IMG/VR virus record: IMGVR_UViG_3300028859_000042
Length of the DNA stretch: 33,420 nucleotides
Source: a virus
Direction: 5' to 3' (one strand)
The notes beneath the pieces are model-generated. The model did not search any database. It saw only the letters and a list, made by a program, of their open reading frames with translations, and had not been told where the DNA came from. Below are positions 26,749 through 33,420 of the stretch, in pieces. The translations under genes and the position numbers were made by a program. How positions within the stretch are numbered: position 1 is the first letter of the stretch; each line of letters starts with the position of its first letter.

Positions 26749-26963
26749 TTTGCATTGATCAACAATATAGAAAAAAATACAATTTACCTAATACAATATT
26801 AGAAGTTACAGAATATAAAGATATAAGATATAAAAAATTATTTAGTGAAAATTTTATTATTTGTTTCAAAGATATAAAATATGGATATAATTATAATTGT
26901 TTTATGCTATTAAAAGAATATCGTAAATTAAAATTATTAAAATTAAATAAAAATGATAAGTGA
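26724..26963 (+). CDS. family B member (MFKPGDKVVCIDQ...)
   Basis: 79 aa. Confidence 0.6.
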   Translation: MFKPGDKVVCIDQQYRKKYNLPNTILEVTEYKDIRYKKLFSENFIICFKDIKYGYNYNCFMLLKEYRKLKLLKLNKNDK

Positions 26964-27234
26964 ATCAAGTCTTGTTAATTATATAGAAAATCTAAATCTT
27001 AGAAAAACCCATGAATGTTTTGATACTAACTATATAATTGATAATAATTATATAATATGCATTGAATCATCTACTAATGTTTTTTTCATAGATAAAAAAA
27101 TGAATTCGAACCTGTATATTTTCATAATTAATATTGAAAAATTAAAAGATATTTATTATAAAAAAACTGGTAAAAATATAGAAATTTTAATGAGAAAAGA
27201 AAAACTAAAAAAATTAGAAGAATGTTCAAGATAA
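26953..27234 (+). CDS. tail-family protein with a different head (...LMRKEKLKKLEECSR)
   Basis: 93 aa inserted within the array. Confidence 0.5.
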   Translation: MISESSLVNYIENLNLRKTHECFDTNYIIDNNYIICIESSTNVFFIDKKMNSNLYIFIINIEKLKDIYYKKTGKNIEILMRKEKLKKLEECSR

Positions 27235-27446
27235 GAGATAGAGTAGTTTGCATTGATAATTCTTATTTATATGATATAAATCTATTACAATTAAATAATA
27301 TTTATATAATTGAAGATATTTTTAGTTATGATACAGAAAATAATTATATTGGTATGATATTAGAAAAATATAATTTTGAATTTAATTCTAATAGATTTAT
27401 ATCATTAAAAGAATATAGAAAACAAAAAATATTAAAATTATGTTAA
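27222..27446 (+). CDS. family B member (MFKIRDRVVCIDN...)
   Basis: 74 aa. Confidence 0.6.
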   Translation: MFKIRDRVVCIDNSYLYDINLLQLNNIYIIEDIFSYDTENNYIGMILEKYNFEFNSNRFISLKEYRKQKILKLC

Positions 27447-27685
27447 AACCAGGAGATAAAGTAATTTGTATTGATAATTCTTATTTAGATGATAATAGTA
27501 TGAGAAAATTATTATTAAACCATATTTATATAATTAAACTATGCTTTACATATCAATCAGATCATTTTAATTATATTATATTAGAAAATGATTTTGAATA
27601 TCATGAAAATAGATTTATAACATTAAAAGAATATAGAAAACAAAAACTATTAAAATTATGTTCAAACCAGGAGATAAGTTATTAG
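27440..27685 (+). CDS. family B member (MLKPGDKVICIDN...)
   Basis: 81 aa. Confidence 0.6.
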   Translation: MLKPGDKVICIDNSYLDDNSMRKLLLNHIYIIKLCFTYQSDHFNYIILENDFEYHENRFITLKEYRKQKLLKLCSNQEISY

Positions 27686-27906
27686 AAATATCAACTAACA
27701 AAATTTTCACATTCTGTGATTATATAAAAACTATATCATATTCATCAAATTATAATGATATGATAGTGAATGATTATGATTATGAAAATGGTTTAATATC
27801 AATCAATGAAGATGCAGAAAATTATCATAGAATTAATAAATATTTATCTATTAAAGAATGTAGAAAAGAAAAACTTAAAAAATTATATAAAGATTTTAAT
27901 ATTTAA
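27658..27906 (+). CDS. family B-derived, diverged (MFKPGDKLLEIST...SIKECRKEKLKKLYKDFNI)
   Basis: 82 aa. Confidence 0.5.
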   Translation: MFKPGDKLLEISTNKIFTFCDYIKTISYSSNYNDMIVNDYDYENGLISINEDAENYHRINKYLSIKECRKEKLKKLYKDFNI

Positions 27907-27999
27907 AGTTAAAAATCAATAAAATAAATAATATATTAATATCTAAATCATTTATATTTTATATCTTTGTCATCATTATAATAATTATTTAAAATACTC

Positions 28000-28266
28000 A
28001 TGAAAATAACATATACTAAGCAAAAAGGGGCGAGAATTAAATATTCATTCAAAAGACCATTTTCAATTAATATAAATGGTTATTGGTGGAATTGTGAATT
28101 ATTAAGATGGGAAAAAGAAGATGACTTCAATTTTTATAAATATGAATATACTAGTAATTATTATTCTTTAAAATCAGTTAAAAGATTTCTTATAAAATAT
28201 AAAGCACCAAAAGGTAAAGATTCCGTTACAAAAAAATTAAATAAAAATATAAAAAAGTGTAAATAA
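28000..28266 (+). CDS. small basic hypothetical protein
   Basis: 88-aa ORF. Confidence 0.45.
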   Translation: MKITYTKQKGARIKYSFKRPFSININGYWWNCELLRWEKEDDFNFYKYEYTSNYYSLKSVKRFLIKYKAPKGKDSVTKKLNKNIKKCK

Positions 28267-28479
28267 AATAAACTTTTTTAAAATATTATACTATTAAATA
28301 TAATTAAACAAATAGTTCTTTGATGTCATGATAAAATGGTTGTTAGTTAAAAACTTAACTAACGTAAAATCATAAAAGTAATAAGTTTGATTAAAAATCA
28401 AACTGAAACTTTTAATCGTTATACATATCAATAATATTGATTACAGTAAACATAGAACGATTAATACACTTTTAAATAC

Positions 28480-28665
28480 ATCTTAACAACGGACTATAAT
28501 AAGTCTTAAAAATGGTTGTTCGTTATGTAGTTTAAATAATTAAAAGCGACTACGATTTCTTTAAATTATTAAAGAATAGTGTGTTCGGATAAAGAATTTC
28601 ATCAAACGAAATTCAAACGTCACAGCAAGTACAAATTTGTATAAGTTTAAGTTGACGGTATACCT
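28480..28665 (+). pseudogene. decayed TnpB remnant retaining the element's 3' end (putative orphan omegaRNA scaffold)
   Basis: 28548-28660 matches the reverse complement of 11420-11540 (the last ~113 nt of tnpB plus 3 nt) at about 86% identity (16 mismatches, my manual count), ending exactly at gttgacgg. Further upstream similarity to tnpB is patchy, for example aaaatggttgttcgtt against aaatggtgttcgtt, and there is a ~140-nt internal deletion. No ORF survives. Confidence 0.6.
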
Positions 28666-28765
28666 ATTAATATATCAACCATGTGGATTAATCATGATAT
28701 GAAAGTTATCATAAAAAAAGATTTAGTTGGAAGTAAATTAAGAAAAAGAAAATTATTAAAAATAA

Positions 28766-28990
28766 ATGAAAATAGGAGATAAAGTTTTATTTACTGATTA
28801 TTTTTATGAACATCATAAATATATAACAGATAATAGATATAATATTTTTACAATCAAAGATTATTTTAGCGATAATTTCACCATTATTTCTTTATATGAA
28901 CTTCCAATGTATTATTTTGAACCAAAAAATTTAATAACAGTATCAGAAATTAGAAAAAAAAAATTAAAAAAATTAAAAATATATGAATAA
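28766..28990 (+). CDS. family B-like (MKIGDKVLFTD...TVSEIRKKKLKKLKIYE)
   Basis: 74 aa. Confidence 0.55.
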   Translation: MKIGDKVLFTDYFYEHHKYITDNRYNIFTIKDYFSDNFTIISLYELPMYYFEPKNLITVSEIRKKKLKKLKIYE

Positions 28991-29534
28991 ATTCGGAGTA
29001 ATATTAGCAAGAGTTCAGCCAGTACATAATGGTCATATGGCATTAATTAAAAAGGCATATGATGAAAATGAAAATGTAGTATTTTTAGTTGGAAGTGCGG
29101 ATAAAGTTGACTCAAGAAATCCAATTCCAGTTAGCATTAGAATTGAAATGCTAAAAGATGCATTAAAAGAAGCTAAGTTGATTGATAAATGTTTAATAAT
29201 ACCATTAGATGATTTAACTTCAGAAAGTGATAATTCTATTGAATGGGGTTTTTATCTTTATACTAAAATAGTAGATCAAATTAAAGATAGTTGTTTCACT
29301 ATGTATTATTCAGATGGATTTGAAATCATCACTAAATGGTTTCCAGGATTTATGTTCAAAAATAATGTATCTCTGGTGCTATTAGCAAGAGGAACTGTTG
29401 AAGATGGTGTATCTGCTACCGAAGTTAGAAAAGCTATACTGAGCAATTCTCCTGAGCTAAAAAACATGGTTCCAAAATCAGTCTATAATAACAGAAATAC
29501 GATTAAATCATTTATTGAATTAAATAAAGAATGA
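28983..29534 (+). CDS. nicotinamide/nicotinate mononucleotide adenylyltransferase (NadM-type NMNAT)
   Basis: 183 aa. ARVQPVHNGH is the (H/T)xGH motif and SATEVRK is the SxTxxR motif. The sequence is collinear with archaeal NadM (GRFQPFHKGHLEVIKK...; ...[23 protein letters not shown] against SATEVRKAILSNSPELKNMVPKSV). Confidence 0.8.
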   Translation: MNKFGVILARVQPVHNGHMALIKKAYDENENVVFLVGSADKVDSRNPIPVSIRIEMLKDALKEAKLIDKCLIIPLDDLTSESDNSIEWGFYLYTKIVDQIKDSCFTMYYSDGFEIITKWFPGFMFKNNVSLVLLARGTVEDGVSATEVRKAILSNSPELKNMVPKSVYNNRNTIKSFIELNKE

Positions 29535-29815
29535 AAAATATTTATATAACAAAAGATGAACTTGATAATTTCACAGAAGAACAATTAAATAGATTAGTAT
29601 TTGTTTTTTATGATGGGCAAGGAGACACTAGCGTTATGATATGGAAAGATTTTATTGAATTATCAAAAGAATGGGAGAAAGAACTTGGAATTGGATTTCC
29701 AAAAAATTCAGATAAATTTGATTTTTTATATAAAGATAGTGAACTAAATGGTAATATAAGTGAATTTCTATATTTTGATTTTAATAATGAATACAAAAGA
29801 ATTTATTTTAAATAA
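29531..29815 (+). CDS. hypothetical protein
   Basis: 94-aa ORF between the NMNAT and the RNA ligase. Confidence 0.45.
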   Translation: MKNIYITKDELDNFTEEQLNRLVFVFYDGQGDTSVMIWKDFIELSKEWEKELGIGFPKNSDKFDFLYKDSELNGNISEFLYFDFNNEYKRIYFK

Positions 29816-29823
29816 TAATTATT

Positions 29824-30060
29824 ATGGCAAAAGATTATTTTGATAAAGAATTTAAAAAAATGTGGATGGAAACGTGCATTGAATCTTGGAATGATCAATT
29901 TCTTGGAATATACTATACAAAACCATTTGAGGAAATTATTTATCTACATAATAATATAGAAGAATTAGAAAGATATATTTCAGCATATGAAAAAAAATAT
30001 GATACTAAACTAACATATAGATTAGATAACGGTTGCTCTTATATTTCACAATTAAAATAG
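29824..30060 (+). CDS. hypothetical protein
   Basis: 78-aa ORF. Confidence 0.45.
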   Translation: MAKDYFDKEFKKMWMETCIESWNDQFLGIYYTKPFEEIIYLHNNIEELERYISAYEKKYDTKLTYRLDNGCSYISQLK

Positions 30061-30064
30061 AGAT

Positions 30065-30358
30065 ATGAAAGAGCACAATCACAATAATGATATTAATTAT
30101 AATGCTGTTATTGAACAATGTGGTTTAATATTATATAAAAAGAAAGCAATAGGTAATAAAGCAAGATTATTGTATATAATTCAAGCAAAATCTGGTAGAT
30201 ATGATCATCAAAGTATTATTATAATAAAAGAAATTAATAAAGATTTCATAAAAATAAATGATTCTAATGATATAGAATCAAAATTATATGAACCAGATAG
30301 ATTACTTTATAACCAAATAAAAGAATATATAATAGAAGCAAATTATGAATATAGATAG
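30065..30358 (+). CDS. hypothetical protein
   Basis: 97-aa ORF. Confidence 0.45.
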   Translation: MKEHNHNNDINYNAVIEQCGLILYKKKAIGNKARLLYIIQAKSGRYDHQSIIIIKEINKDFIKINDSNDIESKLYEPDRLLYNQIKEYIIEANYEYR

Positions 30359-31367
30359 AAAATTAGCAACAATTCAGGTAATTAAAGACATATTACCAAT
30401 TAAAGGAGCAGATAGAATAGAGGTTGCACGCATAAAAGGTTGGAAAGTAGTAGTTAAAAAAGACGAATTTAAAGTAGGTGACAAAGTTGTTTATTTTGAA
30501 ATTGATTCACTATTACCTATTAGAGAAGAATTTGAATTTCTTAGAAATAGTTCATATAGAAAAACTGATGAACAAGAAGGTTTCCTCTTGAGAACGGTCA
30601 AATTACGCAAACAATTTTCATGTGGACTAATAATGTCATTAGATATTTTAAATGATACACCTTGTCATATATTTAAATTGACAGAAGGTGATGATGTATC
30701 TGATTATCTAAATGTTGTAAAATTTGAAGTTCCAATACCTGATGAACTTAAAGCTGATGTTGTTGGTCCTATTCCTTCATTCATATTGAAGACAAATGAA
30801 GAACGCGCACAAAATTTATCTGATGATTTCGATGAATGGAAAAAAGATAATGTAATATTCTATGAAACAGAGAAACTTGATGGTCAATCTACCACTATGT
30901 ATTTACATAATGGAGTATTTGGCGTGTGTGGTAGAAACTGGGAATTTAAAAGAAATCCAAATAATTTATTTTGGAAATTTGCAATTGAAAATAATATTGA
31001 AGAGAAATTAAGAATATATGGTAAAAATATTGCTGTTCAAGGTGAATTAATTGGTTCAGGAATAGAAGGCAATAACTATAAATTAAGCCATAAAACAATA
31101 AAATATTTTAGAGTTTTTAATATAGATGAATATAAATTGGAAGATTATAATACATTCGTTGATATTGTAACTAATGTATTAAATGCTGACACGGTTCCTT
31201 TAATTTGTAGTTATTATAAATTACCTGGCACTATTGATGAAATATTAAAACATGTTGAAGGCAAATCTGTATTAACAAATTCATCAAAAAGGGAGGGAAG
31301 TGTATTTAAATCAATTGATTCATCAATAAGTTTTAAGGTCATTAACAATGAATATTTAATTAATTGA
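30345..31367 (+). CDS. ATP-dependent RNA ligase, Rnl5-like (DraRnl/NgrRnl type) with N-terminal OB-like domain
   Basis: 340 aa. Nucleotidyltransferase motif I is KLDG (ETEKLDGQS, around residue 177). The motif IV-like EGSVFK and the V-like FKVIN lie near the C-terminus. There is no C-terminal OB domain, and the unique N-terminal domain begins KLATIQVIKDILPIKGADRIEVARIKGWKVVVKK. Confidence 0.65.
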   Translation: MNIDRKLATIQVIKDILPIKGADRIEVARIKGWKVVVKKDEFKVGDKVVYFEIDSLLPIREEFEFLRNSSYRKTDEQEGFLLRTVKLRKQFSCGLIMSLDILNDTPCHIFKLTEGDDVSDYLNVVKFEVPIPDELKADVVGPIPSFILKTNEERAQNLSDDFDEWKKDNVIFYETEKLDGQSTTMYLHNGVFGVCGRNWEFKRNPNNLFWKFAIENNIEEKLRIYGKNIAVQGELIGSGIEGNNYKLSHKTIKYFRVFNIDEYKLEDYNTFVDIVTNVLNADTVPLICSYYKLPGTIDEILKHVEGKSVLTNSSKREGSVFKSIDSSISFKVINNEYLIN

Positions 31368-31460
31368 TAATCAACAAATTACGGGAAGATATTATATATT
31401 TATATTATATATCATGATCTTGCATCTTTTTTATAATACATTTAATATTAGTGAATTACA

Positions 31461-31784
31461 ATGGTAGAATTTAAATTTAAAATTAGTGATGAAGCATTTA
31501 ATTTATTGATGTACATTAAAGAGCATAAACAAGCAGAATATCGTGATTATGAATTTGAAAATATAGATAAATTTATAAAATCTAATAATGAATTTATTAC
31601 AGTTGAACAATTTAAACATAGAAATTGTAATGGAACTTATTATTTAATCGACTTGAGATACATAATTTAGTTTGTAGTAATAATTTTGCATGGCATCCTA
31701 CATTTATATTAACTGAAATAGGTAAAAAAATGTTAGAAAATAATTGTAGAAGAATTAAATTAGAAAATTTAAATAAAATATAAA
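31461..31784 (+). pseudogene. frameshifted paralog of ORF 31997..32341
   Basis: ORF 31461..31670 ends ...CNGTYYLIDLRYII*. In the +2 frame it continues as NLVCSNNFAWHPTFILTEIGKKMLENNCRRIKLENLNKI*. This part is collinear with the paralog's ...CDGTLYLIPELIKYSLVDKYF...KKILVSVIRKEKLKKLEKL. A 1-nt indel near 31655 explains the shift. Confidence 0.5.
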
Positions 31785-31787
31785 AAA

Positions 31788-32009
31788 ATGTTTAAACATG
31801 GTGATGTAGTAATTGCATTAGAAACATATGATAATTTAATTGTAATAAATAATTCTTATATTATTGAACGTACTGGATATGTGAAAAATAGAAAAAAATA
31901 TTATGTAATATTACAGTATCCGCCTGGTTTTTATATAGAAGAAGAAAAATTTAAATTAGATATAAAATATCAAAGAATAGAAAAATTGAAAAAAATATGC
32001 AAAATATAA
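31788..32009 (+). CDS. family B-like (MFKHGDVVIALE...IKYQRIEKLKKICKI)
   Basis: 73 aa. Confidence 0.55.
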   Translation: MFKHGDVVIALETYDNLIVINNSYIIERTGYVKNRKKYYVILQYPPGFYIEEEKFKLDIKYQRIEKLKKICKI

Positions 32010-32341
32010 TAAATAGCAGAAATATTATTAATAATATTAGTCATGATGCTCATAAATTATTAATTTATATTTATGAGAATGGTAGTGCTGAATATAAAGA
32101 TCCACAATATCAATCTATCTCTGATTTTATAGGCAATTCATTATATTTGAATCTTGTTGAAGAATTTAAAATAAGAAATTGTGACGGTACACTTTATTTA
32201 ATACCAGAGTTAATAAAATATTCATTAGTTGATAAATATTTTTCAGAATATACTGATAAATATATATTATCTGATTTTGGTAAAAAAATACTTGTTAGCG
32301 TTATTAGAAAAGAAAAATTAAAAAAATTAGAAAAATTATAA
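31997..32341 (+). CDS. tail-family protein (...VIRKEKLKKLEKL)
   Basis: 114 aa, intact paralog of the frameshifted 31461 gene. Confidence 0.55.
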   Translation: MQNIINSRNIINNISHDAHKLLIYIYENGSAEYKDPQYQSISDFIGNSLYLNLVEEFKIRNCDGTLYLIPELIKYSLVDKYFSEYTDKYILSDFGKKILVSVIRKEKLKKLEKL

Positions 32342-32346
32342 AAAAT

Positions 32347-32763
32347 ATGCAAAAAATAGTAATAGTAAATAGTAATAATGGTTGTACTTTTTCATTATCA
32401 ACAAAAGTTATACGTAGATATTTCGAACTTTCAAATTTGGGTAAACCATATTTTTATATCAGAGATTATAGTTATTTAAATATCACTAAATATAAAAAAA
32501 TTGAAGATGCTGATGATTATTTTTATACTTCATTTAATGATTTAGGAAAAGAATTAACAAATGAAAATAACATTTTTGATAAAGAAAATTATTTTGATCA
32601 AATGGAAATTTTAAGAGATGATGTAAATTTAGTTAAAGCAGTGGAAGAAATAAAACCTGACGAAATAAAAATTGTTGAAATTCCAGATGATGTTGAATGG
32701 TATATTAGAGAAGAAGATGATGGACATGAATCAATAGAAGAAACACATAGATCTTGGTTTTAA
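32347..32763 (+). CDS. hypothetical acidic protein
   Basis: 138-aa ORF with an acidic C-terminus. Confidence 0.5.
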   Translation: MQKIVIVNSNNGCTFSLSTKVIRRYFELSNLGKPYFYIRDYSYLNITKYKKIEDADDYFYTSFNDLGKELTNENNIFDKENYFDQMEILRDDVNLVKAVEEIKPDEIKIVEIPDDVEWYIREEDDGHESIEETHRSWF

Positions 32764-32779
32764 TTAATTAAATAAATAT

Positions 32780-33247
32780 ATGAAAAAAGAGTTTTATAGT
32801 TATTCTGATGAAGAACAAAAACAAATAAAAAGAATTCAAGCATTTAGTTTGATGAAAGAAATAGAAATTATTAATTGTGATAAATTAGATGATGAAACGC
32901 ACACACAGTTAATGATATATGTTGTGTTATTTTCTAATCCTCACTTATCATATCTTAATAAATTTAATACAGAATATACTATTGTAGGCAATGAGATTAT
33001 TGAAAAAACTTATACAGTTAATAAAAAAATCGAAAAAATCGAAAAAATAAAACCTGATTATATTTTTGAAAGAAAAGAATATAAAAGAAAAACAGTAGTA
33101 GAAGGAAAGGTAGGAATTGTAAATGATTATGAAGAATATGTTAATAGTAAGAAATATTATGAATATTCAGATGATAGTTATGAAAGGAAAAATTGGAGAA
33201 CTATTGAATATAAATGGAAAAATTACATTAAAGAAATAAATATATGA
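32780..33247 (+). CDS. hypothetical protein
   Basis: 155-aa ORF. Confidence 0.5.
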   Translation: MKKEFYSYSDEEQKQIKRIQAFSLMKEIEIINCDKLDDETHTQLMIYVVLFSNPHLSYLNKFNTEYTIVGNEIIEKTYTVNKKIEKIEKIKPDYIFERKEYKRKTVVEGKVGIVNDYEEYVNSKKYYEYSDDSYERKNWRTIEYKWKNYIKEINI

Positions 33248-33420
33248 AAAAATTATTTTTATGTGCATTGTTTAGTGTATTATTTTTGTCTTGTCAAAAA
33301 TATAAAACATATGTGACAAAACCAGTTGTTTTAAGACAAATGGTTAAAACTGAAGTATCAAATAAATCAGCAAGTGGTAGTTTTTTATTGGTTTATGGGA
33401 TTTATAACTCTAAAGAAAAA
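33246..33420 (+). CDS. 5' part of a secreted/lipoprotein-like protein (runs off the window)
   Basis: ATGA overlap with the upstream gene. MKKLFLCALFSVLFLSCQKYK... is a signal peptide with the lipobox-like LFLSC. The frame stays open to the window end. Confidence 0.45.

Larger units (their letters stand above)
25858..27906 (+). repeat. tandem array of 9 family-B-type mini-genes with a ~70-nt junction conserved at nucleotide level
   Basis: The junction consensus ttaaaagaatatagaaaacaaaaactYaaaSaaatagaattATGttcaaaccaggagataaagtagtttgYattgat recurs at 26019, 26221, 26449, 26689, 27409 and 27629. The centres are hypervariable. Confidence 0.8.

Noticed and set aside
1-33420. Mimivirus early promoter AAAATTGA and poxvirus late TAAATG as class markers.
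   Set aside because: AAAATTGA occurs only a few times and mostly inside ORFs, not upstream of starts. Start contexts are not TAAATG. No confident assignment to those families is possible from promoters.
1-33420. A CRISPR array or other regularly spaced short repeats.
   Set aside because: No direct repeats with unique spacers of uniform length were seen. The periodic signal comes from the tandem mini-genes, which are 200-250-nt units of coding sequence.

Overview
This window is extremely AT-rich (roughly 20-25% GC by eye) and densely packed with short ORFs on both strands. Many starts and stops overlap (ATGA or short overlaps), there are no Shine-Dalgarno sequences, and several gene 3' ends carry palindromic hairpins flanked by an A-run and a T-run. 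That architecture, together with a major vault protein homolog, an archaeo-eukaryotic PTH2-type hydrolase, a NadM-type NMNAT, a LOG-family protein and an Rnl5-type RNA ligase, fits best with a multigene-family region of an AT-rich large DNA virus (NCLDV / Mimiviridae-like). A phage or Bacteroidota-like origin cannot be excluded from sequence alone; a lipoprotein-like signal peptide sits at the window end.

About half of the ~110 ORFs belong to tandemly duplicated mini-gene families (60-150 aa). These are (B) MFKVGDKVVCID...RFISLKEYRKQKLKEL; (A) N-terminal TM helix...YLRKKKLQKIK; (C) TM + FCFLFLNKIREKRKINYYK...RYLKIKQLKK; and (D) ...IRKEKLNKICTQN. All share a C-terminal basic tail of consensus EYRKxKLKxL, and their junctions are conserved at nucleotide level around hypervariable centres.

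Embedded in the window are:
- a TnpB/Fanzor-like RuvC nuclease gene (11421..12878, minus) with an intact D-E-D triad and no TnpA, with a candidate omegaRNA region downstream;
- a degraded second copy of that element (28.48-28.67 kb) whose omegaRNA-encoding 3' end is selectively conserved;
- a ~320 bp MITE-like insertion with TIRs and target-site duplication that splits a family-B gene, where precise excision restores the ORF;
- several frameshifted or stop-interrupted paralogs;
- an 817-aa major vault protein;
- a PTH2-like gene interrupted by a single in-frame TAG, lying 22 nt upstream of a tRNA whose anticodon is CUA (UAG-decoding).
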